Shown here in pieces: positions 44,805 to 58,349 of a DNA stretch of 64,000 bases; within the stretch, counting starts at the first letter, position 1; each line of letters begins with the position of its first letter. The notes under the pieces were generated by a model. That model saw only the letters and a list, made by a program, of their open reading frames with translations. It made no database searches and was not told the origin of the DNA. The position numbers and the translations under genes are program-made. Origin of the DNA: Yuukianura sp. NJ FZ-2021 (Eukaryota); NCBI GenBank assembly GCA_046563655.1, contig CM102285.1, positions 12,214,001 to 12,278,000 of the forward strand, written 5' to 3'.

Positions 44805-47800
44805 ATGTCGGACAAGAAAAAGCCGTTTGTGCCTCCGACTCCACCACCGATGCCACTGAGAAGTGGAGCCGTTTCGGACGCTTCTCAAAATGCTCCCTCC
44901 ACGGTTGTATCAATTCGACGGTTTTCTGTAGAAAAGAAACCGTCGCTCACAAATATCCAACCGATGGCTCCATCAAAGCCACCATCGAAAAATGCTTCCA
45001 ATGAAAGGAAATTGCCAGCCGAATCTACCCGGAAGTCATCCAAAGATGAAACCATCGTGCGCCGAAATTCCCAGACTCAAAACCAACCTGGGCCGTCAAA
45101 TGCTCGTCCACCTCAAATTCCAGTGACGACTCCAGGCCGTCCTGGAACTGTCAAATCAAATCCAAATGTTGGTCCAGAACGGAAACCGAGTCCTCCTACG
45201 CTACCTTCACCAGGACCTGCTCCTCCCGTAATTCCATTTCCGAAAAAAACTTCTGATTCTTCAGTGATCAAACGTCCATCGCCCACTTCCGTGCCACCAC
45301 AGCCTCCACGACCTCCGCCGAAATCTTCCGAGAAGAAGCAGATTCCGCCTCGGAAAAATTCGGGGTCAAAGGTCACGCTTTCTCCTCCTCCACCACCGCA
45401 ACAGAAAAGAAACAAAATGGAACTGAATGCAAACTACAGTATTCTGATCAGTGGAACTGAAAGTGAATCAGACGCTTCCAGCGTACGAAATTTCCGAATT
45501 TTGAACTTTGGAACTATATTTTAATTTTTTTTAAATCAGGCAAATTCAAACCGATGTTTTTCAGATTGACGCTGATGCAATTCAAAAAGTGAAAGAATTG
45601 TCGGAGAGAGAAACTGCCGTTTTTGATGCCGTTTCGGCTGGAAGTCTGCTTACAACCAAAGAAGCTTTGGATTCGTTTAAATTCGATTTTAATCGACGAA
45701 ACATAGTTGTAAAATTCAAATTACTTTAATTAATTGTTAATCAAAAGTTGATTTTGATTGCCTTTTCACCTAAATTTCATTTTCTGTAACAGGGATACAC
45801 TATTCTGCATATTGCCACTCGGCGTCAAGATGAAGATATGGTCAAACTAATTTTGGTAGAAGGAAGTAACAGAATTTGGCCATCCGTACTTAGAGACACG
45901 CTTTTACATGCCATCAAAGAGGTCAATGTCGACTTGGTTCGAACTATTTTGGCCGAATTGGATCAACGAGGACTCAAAGTTGACGAATCATTTACAACAA
46001 GGTTAACCTAAGTCAAAAACAAGCACCGATTTTTTAAAAAAAATGTAAGTCTGTTCTAACTTTGAAATTTAGACGACTGCGCAAGGATTTTCTGGAGAAT
46101 CGCAAATTGATCAACGAAGAAACGGAGTTCATAAATTCTGAATTCCATGAGGACATGACTCCACTAAAACTCGCAGCAATTTGTGACTCTTATGAACTAG
46201 TTCAGCTCTTCCATGAACGAGGTCACGTTTTGCGTGAACCCGAACCTTATGTCCAGAGGACCAAAGAGAGTCAAGCTGCCAAAAATACTGAGTATGACTA
46301 CTCCAAATTTTGAAATTTAAAAGTTGACCTTTGACCTCAACTGATCTAAATTTGGTTGTGCTAGTGACATTGGACCACTGCGAGCTTCTTATCGTCGTCT
46401 GCACTACTACCAGGCCATTAGCAAACCAGCCTACATTGCCTTCAAGGCCAACAATTGCAATCATGGCAAAGACACAAACTGTGACCCCATTTTGGTCGCA
46501 TTTACGCTTATTAAGGAAGTGAGACAAGTAAGGTCACTTGTGTCATTTTGGTTAACAAAATTTACACAAACAAGTGCAAAAAAAACCTCACTTCTAGCTT
46601 TCACTTTTCAAAATTTCACTTTTAGCTTGCAGATGACGATGTTTTTAAAAAAGAGTATTTAGAGATTGCCGATGAACTTCAAGAATTCAGTTGCAGTATC
46701 GTTCGTAAGGCCCGAATTTTAAAAATTCTGGACAAATTGGAACGAATCTTCAAAAATTTGGGACGCTGAACGTTCTAAAATAAAAATTTTTTAGAACAAT
46801 GTCGAAAAACTGAAGAGATTGAGGAAATTTTGGAACAGACGGAAGGATACTTCGAAGCGTCACCGTATCCGCGACTGTCCATGGCCATTGACATGGAGCT
46901 GAAAGATTTTGTGTCCCATCGTCATTGTCAACAAGTAATTCAAAAATTTGTGTCCAAGTATCATGTGACCTCTTGCCTCGATTTGTACATTTTAAGTGCT
47001 GTAATCGATTTTACGACAGGCTTTAATCACTATTACCATTTGTAGACACTATACAGGTATTGGGCGGGTAAAGATTGGCCAGAATGGAGAGTCAAAGATT
47101 TGTTGGCCCTATTTGGTCATGTCGTTCTGCGCATCTTCATTTGGCCTTTGATTGCTCTCTGGTCATGTTTGGATCGAAGCAGTAAATTCGGCAGATTACT
47201 GGCTTGTCCAGCATCGGCGTTTCTCAACAGCCTCGTGTCATACCTCTACTTTGTTGCGTTCATTTTTGTCATGAACGTTTACAATCCTGATGGACCAAAT
47301 CATCGTGGTTTACCACGCACAGGTCAGCAAATTTAGTGACTCGACCTGACATAAGGTCAAATCTCATGACCTTGATGAAATTCGACCTGAATCGGTTCAT
47401 TTTTATAACAGGAGTGGAGTATGCTGTGATGGTTTGGGTCGCAGGTCACATTCTGAGTGTTGTGAAGCAAGTTGTGACAAGGAGCAGTTCGTATCTGACA
47501 AATCCTTGGGCGTGGTTCGACATTTTCACCAACATTTTCTTTGTTGCTGCCTTTGTGTCATGGCTTTGCACCCCAACAGACGTAAATTTTCAAAAAAAAA
47601 TATGAAGATTTCGAACTTCCTGTTTTCATAATTTTCGATTTTGCTTTCTCCAGCCTGCACTTGACCGCAAGCACTGGAAGCAACACGATCCTACGCTGAT
47701 TGCTGAACTTTTGTTTTCAATCGCTTCGACAATGGCCTATGTCCGATTGCTCCGAATTTTCCAACTGAATCCAAAAATTGGTCCATTGCTGACAGCAGTT

Positions 47801-49568
47801 GGTCGAATGCTCAACGATATCCTCAATGCTATGCTCTTTTTTGTTGTCATCGTCCTTGCCTTTGCTTTGGGTTGGTTTGAAAAGATCATTTCCATTCAAA
47901 ACCAAAATTTCACGAAATAGAGATCAGATTTCCAAAAAGAAGCTTTGAAATGACATCAAAATGTCTTGTTTCCAGGACTTTCGCGTCTCTACCGTCCTTA
48001 CAATGGCTGGTCCGACGTGGATCCCGCTACAAAAGAAAACATCACCCAATCAGAAGCATTTTCCAGTTTTCCAGTAGCAATTGAATCTTTGTTTTGGAGC
48101 ATCTTCAGCATGGGATCTTCTTCAGACACAAACATCATCCCTAGAACAATCGTTTCTATTCGAAATCCCGAGATTAAGAGCGTCGTGCACATGCATTTTG
48201 TGGAACAAACTGGAAAAATCATGCACGCTGGTATTTAAAAAAAATTGTGTTAAAATTTTTCCAAAAATTCAGTTTTGAAAACAAAAAACTACTCTTAGGG
48301 TACCATGTCGTCGTGTCTCTCATTCTCCTCAATATGCTTCTCTGCATGATGTCCAGAACTTATGAACTTGTCAATGGTAACGTCGACGTCGAATGGAAAT
48401 TTGCGAGGTCAAAGGTACGAATTTTCAAAACACAAACAGTTTCTCCACTACCTTAAGCTCCAACCCTCACAAATCAAAATCAAGTTTTTCTAATTGAAGT
48501 ATTCAAAAACATAATTTTTTATTTTATTTTCTATTTTTCAGAGAATTTTGAAGAAATTTATGTTTTTGTTCAAAAATGAAAGTTTTCGTTTTTTTAAACA
48601 GATTTGGCTTTCGTATGGCTTGGATTTTGTGAATCCAAGTCCGTTTAACTTCATTCCATCCCTATCGGCGTGCATGAAACATGAAAAGGTAGGAAACTAA
48701 AGATGATGGAAAGCTTCTGCTTTTTTTCTAAAACTTCCGATTTTTTGAAAACTTCCAAATTTGAAAACGCTTTTTTTAAATTCTCGTTCCAGAAAGGAGA
48801 CGAGGCTATTCGAAAAGCCGAGTACTACAAATTGATTAAGATTTTGATCCAACGTTACTTTCGAGACAAAGCAGAACTTGCTAGTCAGGAACAAGCAACA
48901 ATGGAGTCAATAGAAGCTCTTCAGGAAGATATCGCTGAATTCCATTCCCTTTTGGAGAAGACAGAAGCAGAACAATACGAACGGAACAAGACAAAAGCAG
49001 GAACTGGTCCTGTCCGTTCTTTCAAAGAAGCCACTCCCAAAGGAAATGTAATTTAACCCCCAACAATCAAAGTTTACTTGGGCAATTAACACTAAAGATT
49101 AATTCAACACCTTGTTAGGACACGGATAATACAATGACCCCGCCGCCACCCTGGCCAGTGGCCAAAATGGCACAAACTGCTGCTCACCGGTTCCTAAAAA
49201 ACCGTCCGCAACCAAATGATGTCCAGCAGACGCCAGTCACGTCGCCTAATGTCAGCAGTATTTATAGCGACACGAGTGATGATGATTCACAATTTGAAAC
49301 GGTGGCTTCATACAATCGACGACTGAGTCAAACCACTATTCCGCCTACTCCACCGCCTCCACCGCCGGCTCAAATGTCGCCATCGGCTGGATTCTCTCCT
49401 GGACAAGGATTGCCATGGCCTAGCCGGCCTGTTTTGCCAAGCCAACCGCCGTCACTGCCAGGTCAGCCTGGCAATTTGGCCGCACTAGGTCAAGGTGAAC
49501 GACGTGACTCCGGATCGCGTAACGTCCGATTTCCACCCAGCGGCTCACCATCAAGCGGTGGAAACTGA
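44805..49568 (+). CDS. Divergent TRPC-type cation channel with Pro-rich termini
   Basis: Ankyrin repeats, EFHEDMTPLKLAA, RLSMAID..LKDFVSHRHCQ, IGPLL..VGRML.DI, pore ESLFWSIF, TRP box DVEWKFARSK|IW. Confidence 0.9.
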
Positions 49569-51125
49569 ATCTTTTACAAAGAAAATCCAACACTATGGAT
49601 ACACGACAAATCTCGTATTTCATCAAACTATAAAATGTAATCCAAAACGCATCAAAAAACTTGCCGACGCTACGCATCAGTACACAAAAGAACATTTTTA
49701 TAACATTTTTACAAAAAATGTAGACAATACAATGATTATCACCCGCAAGCATCTTTTTTAGCAAAAACATTGGATCTGCTCAATGACTGTTCCGCTCAGT
49801 CGGGAAGCAGCAATTGGCCAAAAATTTATGACATAAAAATATGCTTTTAGGTTCTCATAAATTGTCCAATTTTTGTGCTCATGTAACCACACAATACATT
49901 TTTATTTTCCAAAACTTCATCTCAAGTGATGAACCACCCAAAGAAGGCATAAAAACCAGCCAGACGCTTCCAGTTTACACTTCACCTCCTCCAGGAAAAG
50001 ATGTTCATTCAGCCTTTATGACTCAAATATTCAACGCAAGGAGCGATGACGCTGATTACCATAACATACCCATAACCTAAACTGGGCTCCCCATGCTTCC
50101 TTTGGACAAAACTTTAACAACATACCTTAGAGTAAATATGTTGTCAAACCACATGGCATGTAATTCAATAGGCTTTGCATCACAGCAGGATTCCTTTCTA
50201 GAAAAAGTCTCCTGCAATTCCCATTTAGTGACTTTTCAAAATTATGGTCCAGAATTTCCATCTGCAAAACTACTTTTTCATTGGTTGGATGAAAATCATC
50301 CAAACAGAGACGCTTTGGATACAAATCTGATTATGCCAGAGAATGCTGCTTCTGGAACATAAAAATCCAAATTGTGGAGCTTGTAGAAAAGAAAATGCTT
50401 CTGAAACAGAATCATGGAGCTTCGATGTTAAATTCTTGTTGAATGTTAAAGGTGCATGCATTGAGCATCTTCTTGAAACTAGAACTGTGTCATCCTAAAT
50501 TTTAATCCAGAGTCTCAGGGGGACGCAGGATGATAAAAATGAAGTTTTGAAATGATCTCAGAGTCAGAGGGCAAAAAAGACTGAGATGTATCTTACCGTA
50601 AGAAGGCGTTAGGAATAATATAAGATGTACCTTAGGTGTGTTATAAGAAACCTGTTTTTATGGGTGGTCAAAGAAGATGCGAGCTGGTGTGCTTCCAACT
50701 AAAATTTTGTGGCCTTCCAAAAAGATTTGTTCTTGTAAAAGATTTGAAACAATCAGCAGCAGAGCCAGTTGACTACGGAAGATCATCACATTTCGAAATA
50801 GGGAGATTCTGAGAACTTTCAGGAGAGGAAGATGACGTTAAATTCCATTATTATTCCTTACTCATCCGCTACTCAACGAACCACCACCACCTGAATAACT
50901 ACTTCCCACAGTTGAACAGTTTTTGAAACATTCTACAACAATTTTTCAAACACGGCATACTACAAATACTGTCAAGAAGTTAAAAGAAGGAGCTAAAGAG
51001 GAGTTAAGTGCCTTCTCGTGTTCATCTTTAGTGAAATTTCAATTATCCCTACTCAACCCAAACAGTTTCTAATTTTTTGGAAAAGGAACAACATTTTTTG
51101 AAAAGTGGAAAAAACTGAAAAAGAA

Positions 51126-52238
51126 ATGAAGCCAAACGTGTTTTCAAAAAGTGGACACGCTTCTGTCTCTATTTGGTGTCGGAACAGGATGTTGGTCCTT
51201 TCTGTTCTTGTTGCGACGCTGATAAGCGGTAAGTGTTTTTAAAACAACAAAAACTTTTCAAAAAACTTTAAAAAAGATTTCCAAAAAAATAAACAAAACT
51301 TTTACACTCCCAAAAACAATGCATAAGAATAACGTCTTCCAATAAAAACCGAAAAACCATCCAGGTATTTTTTAATTTTCATTAGGTTTTTTCGCCTCAA
51401 TGGTGGAATAGTTATGCATTTTTTTTTCACCTAATTTTAAAATTTTGAAACAAAAACTCAAAATTTTCTTTTTTATGCAGGAGCAAATTCTTTGAAATGC
51501 TACCGATGTTTGAATTTGGACTGTCCACAAGGTGACCTGGGAGAGGTCAACGAGCGCCTGTGCCAATCAGTTCGATCCCACATTATCAAATCAATTAACC
51601 ATTTTTACGAAGTTGGACCTGCTGGATACATTCCACCATGTCCAGAATTGGACGAAACCGTTCAATGGACACTTCTACAACATACGACCAATGAGTGTCC
51701 AGAAATTCGGGAAATGGCGACATGTTCTCTCGGGAGAATTCAAATCATAAGTGAATTCAGTGGTCGAACGGTCGTCTCCCATGCAACTATTCTTGGATGT
51801 CTGAAATCAGCTCTCTTGTACTACATGCAGAAATATGGAAACAATGTCCAAAGTTGTAGCATTTTCAGACAAAATAGTACCGTTGGTGACACATTTCAGC
51901 ATTCACTCAAATTGGAAAATTGTCCAAAAGTAACGGACTATTGTAAAACCAAAAACTACTGTGTCCCATTTAGTGAAAGCGTCGTTAGGCCCTTCCAGGA
52001 CAAAAACAGTAGCAGTTCCTTTGAGTCTGGGATTGTCATTGCAATTATTGTTGTAATTTTGGTCGTTGTGAGTATTGTTCTTTTTGCAAGTTTTTGCAAA
52101 AATCCGTTAAACAGAGGAGCCAATTACTCACCAACGGAAGTCCAAAATGCTGCGTCAATTCGGGACGTCGAAACGCCAGAATCTGAACTTCCGTCAACTT
52201 CCAGTTCTACCAAGGAGAAAGATGACGTGTTTACATGA
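51126..52238 (+). CDS. Cys-rich single-pass membrane protein, paralog 1
   Basis: Signal-peptide exon (51126-51228, phase 1) then LKCYRC...; 12 spaced Cys, TM helix, short cytoplasmic tail. Confidence 0.8.
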
Positions 52239-53620
52239 ACCATACTATGCAAATTGCGCATAACCTTAAAAGTGTAACCTAACTTGACCTCATATTTGTA
52301 CACAAGCAAAAATTTAGTTTTTTCCATTAAGTTAGGTTATACTCATTAACTTGGAGCTGTAAATGAGGCAGTTCTATGGAACGCTATAAGTGTAAAGTGG
52401 AATGATGACGCCTTGAGTTTAAGTACTTTGTTTCAACAACAACGTATATTTCTGTGATGACCATTATGCCATAACTTTAAAAGTGCAATTACGTTGTAAT
52501 TTAGGCAAATCGTAAATAATGTAAAATATTACTTAAAGAGTTGTTAAAGATATTAAAATGCAAATAATATGTTAATATTACATAATAAAAGTTTCGGAGA
52601 CTGTTAATCAAATGGTTTTCGATTTCGAGGAACCTTTTAAATTCTGATTCTCGTTTGTTTAACTTCTATATTTGGTGGGATGATGTCTGATTGTTTGATA
52701 CTGATGCTGACGCTGCTAGTGGCATGAAACGCGATACCCACGATTAATCCACTTTTCACTTGACGTCAAATGTTTATCAAGATAAATTTAAAAAAAAACG
52801 TGTTAATTTTTAATTTCGAATAGTTTTGCAGCTTTTTCCAGCGTTAGAGAAGAAAACTTCGGCCGAATTTGTGACATGTTATGTTAGTTTTGGCTCAAGT
52901 TCAAGCGATGCGAGGAGATGAAATGGTTAATGACAAGACAAGTGACGAGAGAGTGAAAAATTGTTTTTAAAACAAAATTTTATAGCAAAAACAACACTTT
53001 TTTCTAACTTATTCGAAAATGATAACTTCCGCATTTCTAAGTTTTCCCGAAGATATTTTCGTGCAACTTTTTCAACAGCACTTTCTGTAAAAAACGAAAT
53101 TGCATAAGTGCAGTTATAATAAAATTTTGATTTCAGGGAATTTTTGAAATGAACTTTACCATTTTGTTTCATCAGATCATTGAACTTGACTTTGACCCAT
53201 CGCCAATTGGCGTGACCAACTTCGTTTTCAAATTCTTTTTCCAGGAATTGGTCGAATAAATTCATGTTTTTCGTTGTTAGAAAAAACATTTACAAAGGAT
53301 GATTGGTGACGATGAGGGATTAGAAGATTAGTGTTAGTCGGCAAGGATTAAGTAGGATTCGCAAAATCTTGTGAAAGTGACATTGACAAGTTCAATTGAT
53401 CCGGACCCACGTCATAGGTCGTTGAAGTTTGTACATTTGCACAGTTTTTGCGAATATTGATAGCTTTTAGAAAAACAAATTAGCAAAAAGTGATCACCAC
53501 TACTTCAGACAATGCTTTAGAGTGGAAATTCCTGGACAAAATCAATCTTGATTTTTAAATTCTAGGAAGATTAGCGAAGTAAAGCTTAACCAAGATAGTA
53601 AACTGATTTTGATCAGTTCA

Positions 53621-53628
53621 TATAAATA
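53621..53628 (+). promoter_or_regulatory. TATA box of the peritrophin/mucin gene
   Basis: TATAAATA 77 bp upstream of ATG 53698. Confidence 0.55.
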
Positions 53629-53697
53629 TGTCATATTCTAAGTGTTTGAAACGTTACTTTTTAAACAATAACTGTCTTTTAGCTAAGAAGATTCAAT

Positions 53698-56006
53698 ATG
53701 AACAAATTAGTTCTTGGGTTCTTTGTAAGTTTCAACATTCATTTATTAGAGTAATACTTTTTTTTTTAATTTTTCAATTTGGTGACGTTTGGATTTGAAT
53801 TTAGGCGGTGATTGCGGTTTTGGCAATGACTGCTGATGCTGGAACTATAGGACATCGGAAGTACAAAGGAGACGACAGTGGCGAACATAACAGTGGCGAA
53901 CACGACAGTGGGGAACACGACAGTGGTGAACATGACAGTGGGGAGCACGACAGTGGTGAACACGACAGTAGCGAGGAGGACTGGGATTGGAATTGGTACG
54001 ACTGTGAATCAGAAGGGAAGTTCCCGCATCCAACGAAATGCTGGAAGTACGTCTACTGCGTCGACGTAGGGTTTACACTATTGCCGATCTCTCTCCCGTG
54101 CTTGCCATTCCATCACTTCAGTGAAGAAAGAGGACGATGCGTCTTTGGCCCATGTTAGTCAAACTTTAAAATTGTTACATCTACTTCTAAATTGAACTAA
54201 AGTAATCTAAAATGCTACGTTGTATCTTCAGGCGAAAATCCAACACCGGCACCGACTGACGCTCCAACAGAAGCTCCAACTGAGGCCCCAACAGATGCCC
54301 CAACTGAAGCTCCAACTGAGGCCCCAACTGAAGCACCAACAGAAGCTCCAACTGAAGCACCAACGGAAGCTCCAACTGAAGCACCAACAGAAGCTCCAAC
54401 TGAGGCCCCAACTGAAGCACCAACAGATGCTCCAACTGAGGCCCCAACAGAAGCTCCAACTGAAGCACCAACAGATGCTCCAACGGATGCACCGACTGAA
54501 GCTCCCACTGACGCTCCAACTGATGCCCCAACTGAAGCACCAACAGAAGCTCCTACAGATGCTCCAACTGATGCACCGACTGAAGCTCCCACTGACGCAC
54601 CAACTGAGGCCCCAACAGAAGCTCCAACTGATGCCCCAACAGATACTCCAACTGAGGCCCCAACAGAAGCTCCTACAGATGTTCCAACTGATGCACCGAC
54701 TGAAGCTCCCACTGACGCACCAACTGAGGCCCCAACAGACGCTCCAACTGATGCCCCAACTGAAGCACCAACAGAAGCTCCTACAGATGCTCCAACAGAG
54801 GCTCCAACTGAGGCCCCAACCGAAGCTCCAACAGACGCTCCAACTGATGCCCCAACTGAAGCATCAACAGAAGCTCCTACAGATGCTCCAACTGACGCTC
54901 CAACTGAGGCCCCAACCGAAGCTCCAACTGAGGCCCCAACCGAAGCTCCAACTGAGGCCCCAACAGACGCTCCAACTGATACACCGACTGAAGCTCCCAC
55001 TGACGCACCAACTGAGGCCCCAACAGAAGCTCCAACTGAGGCCCCAACCGAAGCTCCAACTGAGGCCCCAACAGACGCTCCAACTGATGCCCCAACTGAA
55101 GCACCAACAGAAGCTCCTACAGATGCTCCAACAGAGGCTCCAACTGACGCTCCAACTGAGGCCCCAACCGAAGCTCCAACTGAGGCCCCAACCGAAGCTC
55201 CAACTGAGGCCCCAACAGACGCTCCAACTGATACACCGACTGAAGCTCCCACTGACGCACCAACTGAGGCCCCAACAGAAGCTCCAACTGAGGCCCCAAC
55301 CGAAGCTCCAACTGACGCACCAACTGAGGCCCCAACAGAAGCTCCAACTGATGCCCCAACTGAAGCTCCCACCGACGCTCCGACGGAAGCTCCAACTGAT
55401 GCCCCAACTGAAGCTCCCACCGACGCTCCGACAGAAGCTCCAACTGATGCCCCAACTGAAGCTCCTACTGAGGCCCCAACCGACGCTCCGACAGAAGCTC
55501 CTACTGATGCCCCAACTGATGCCCCAACTGAAGCACCAACAGAAGCTCCAACTGAGGCCCCAACAGAAGCTCCAACTGATGTTCCAACCGATGCTCCAAC
55601 TGATGCCCCAACTGAAGCACCAACAGAAGCTCCAACTGACGCTCCAACTGATGCTCCAACTGAGGCCCCAACAGAAGCTCCGACTGAGGCCCCAACAGAC
55701 GCTCCAACAGAAGCCCCAACTGATGCACCGACTGAAGCTCCCACTGAAGCTCCTACTGATGCACCAACAACACAAGCTCCATCCGGCGAATGCACTAAGG
55801 AAGGGTACTTTGTCAACCCGAGCAACTGCAACCAATTCTATCGCTGTTACGACAACGGTTACGAATTGGTCCGAACACCAATGGAATCCTGTTCCGAAAA
55901 ATGGCTCATCTTCTGTGAAGCGAAGCAAACATGTGCCGATCCCAACTACGTTTCATGCCCAAATAACCCGTGTGACCGCGCATATCATTTTTGGAACCTG
56001 TTTTAA
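53698..56006 (+). CDS. Secreted mucin-like peritrophin: CBM14 domain, (APTE/APTD)n mucin, CBM14 domain
   Basis: Signal peptide, DSGEH repeats, [19 protein letters not shown] (ChtBD2), intron at ~54153-54231, long PT(E/D)A repeat, second ChtBD2 ([19 protein letters not shown]), stop at 56004-56006. Confidence 0.9.
54249..55770 (+). repeat. 12-bp coding tandem repeat (~125 units) encoding A-P-T-E/D
   Basis: GCNCCNACNGAN units, directly visible. Confidence 0.97.
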
Positions 56007-56875
56007 ATCAAAGCGTTTACTCGTTGATTAAAATTAAATTGCATTCAAATTTATAAGTAAATAGAGAGGTGGTGGGTATGCCATATTTTTTGACAAACGT
56101 TTTACAAGCACAATCGTTGTTTCCTGTCCAGTTATTGTGCCATATGCTTAGCAAATGATTTGCTAAGAACAACCGCTTAATGTTGGAACATAAACGCATT
56201 TAAAATTAGTTTTAATTTTAATTATAAGTTGAAATACATGACGAAGGTGTTATTTCTTCACGTACTCAATGCACTGCGGAGGTAAGTCGAAGGACCCCGT
56301 GTTCGTAAACAAGAGTTTGTTTACATCGCACTTGTTAGCTTCTATCCCCCTCCCCCCACCCAGAGCATTCACATCATCTTCTTCGTATCTTTTGCATAGG
56401 AAGCAGCTGCTCCTACTACGAATTTTTGACAGCTCATACGAAGAACTGGTGAGTCACTGGCTATTGGCATCATCAGTTACGTCCATTTCATACATTATAG
56501 ATCAGGGGAACTACCAATCCATTTAGTTCGTTCCGAGCTTTCTATTTGACAATACCTGAACGGGATAACGGAACTTATCAAGAGCGAGGGAAACGCATAT
56601 CGGAAATCGGGTTTACTTTACATTACTTACAACGGAAATAAGGTTGGTACTTAACCACTACATACGTCAATTTATTTACATTAGAGTTGCATCATTTTTG
56701 GATACACTTTGACCTCATGTAACGAATTATGGCCGTTGTATTATAACTGTTATAAAGGATTTAGGGAGTTTTTAACAAGGAATGTTTTTGGGAAATAAGA
56801 TTGATCATTGATTGCTGTTTCTTGGTGGATTTCTAGGCAAGGTAAACTTACGTCGGGTTCCTGAACCTGGATACT

Positions 56876-58349
56876 ATGAGTCGTGCACCGATAAAAGTGT
56901 CCCATTCGATTACGCTGAGCCAACCACCGGCGGCAGCATTGCCCAGCAAGCCACCCATGGGAGCTCCCAATATGGCTACTGCAAAACCACCAAGAGGCAG
57001 GTCACCATCGCCATTGCGTTTGCCTAAACCGCTGTCAGCTTCGACTCCGCAGTCTGCTCGCAGTAGTAGTAGCAGCAGCAGCAGCGCTGGAAGCTGGTCA
57101 GCAAGGTCATATGGAAAATCAACACCAAGGGCTCCCAGTCCTAGCACGGAGTCGGAGATTACTGCCTTCAATTTGACTCCGATGGAAATCCTTCAAGTAG
57201 CAAAACTAATTGAACAAGCTGCTTGCGCTAGGGGTAAAAATCCACGGGAGTCATTGAAAGCCATGATTCGCAAAGTACGAGCTCCGGATGACAATACTGG
57301 AATCTGTGATCTGGATCATTCGTTTGCAAGCTTTCTACCTTATCCTTCATTTTCAACTGCTGGTTTTGGGAGTATCGTACAACCTAACTTGAATGAAACT
57401 GTTGATTCAACTGCGGGGAATCTAAATGGTAAGTGGTAAGGATATCACCTTTCACAATTTATTTTTTTAATTTTGTTGATTACTAACTAGAATTGTTTCC
57501 TTTTAGACTCTGAGGATCGTGTACCGAAGATACCGCACAACAAGAATGCAACGCTCCTAGAAGATATCGATAAACCCGAGGAAATTGCCCAAATGGAACG
57601 CTTAGCTAAAGCCAGGAAAGAGCTTAGACAACAACGCTTGGAGAGAATGAGGCTAAAACACATTGCTGAACGAAATGAAATTCTCTCACCGAATCTAGTT
57701 TGTAAGTTTTAGAATTCAGCGTAATTTATGATTTCCGGTTGGCTTGTTCTCAGGCGATATGATAAATGATAATGATACTATAGTTAGGCCGTTTTCATTT
57801 CATGATCCGATCCGAAGTTTTGTATGGAGGAGATGGATCTCCTCCACACAAAACTTCGGATCATGAAAACGGCCTGACTTAAACATAACTAACACTGTGC
57901 TTTACCTTTTTTAGCTTCCGTACATAAAGGGATTGATGCTATGACAGAATCACTGGACAAGTTCTACGCATCTCCAGCATTCCAAACGATGAAGTCAAAT
58001 GGTTCAGTTGAACAGGGAATCCCGTGCCCCATTGCAAAAAGGAAAGAAATGATTCAAATCTTTGAAAATCTGGAGAGGATCAGTTCTACGCAGTTTTCCA
58101 CTGATCAGAAGATTGATTCGGCAAAGCTCGAGGAGTACATTCAGCATCTAATTACAAAAACGGTAACGCTCATACCGTTTTCATACAACTTCTTACTCAA
58201 TAAGCTTCAACATTAGTTTTACAACATTTGCTGTGTTTTTGCAGAATTCAAAAGCTACTTCTCTGGATAAGTCAATGGCAGAGTTGAAGAGTACTAGCAA
58301 GAGGACTGCGGAACTGTTGGACCAATTAGAATTAGTGAAACGACTTTGA
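56876..58349 (+). CDS. Uncharacterised four-exon protein (Pro/Ser-rich N-terminus, coiled-coil-like C-terminus)
   Basis: Exons ~56876-57428, 57508-57701, 57916-58162 and 58245-58349 with GT-AG boundaries; last junction checked in frame; no recognisable domain. Confidence 0.6.
57787..57874. mobile_element. Short palindromic MITE-like element (Harbinger/Tourist-like ends)
   Basis: GGCCGTTTTCAT...ATGAAAACGGCC with internal GATCCGAAGTTTTGT.TGGAGGAGAT/ATCTCCTCCA.ACAAAACTTCGGATC; flanks TTA/TGA. Confidence 0.6.

Noticed and set aside
49841..50461. Short ORFs between the TRPC gene and membrane-protein paralog 1
   Set aside because: No domain similarity or splice support.
54249..55770. Possible CRISPR-like array
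   Set aside because: Contiguous coding tandem repeat without unique spacers, in a eukaryotic gene.
54215..56031. Long ORFs (GASV)n on minus, Q/L-rich 603 aa on plus, W/S-rich 354 aa on minus
   Set aside because: Shadow frames of the 12-bp mucin repeat. The spliced APTE/D frame is the one that links two chitin-binding domains.
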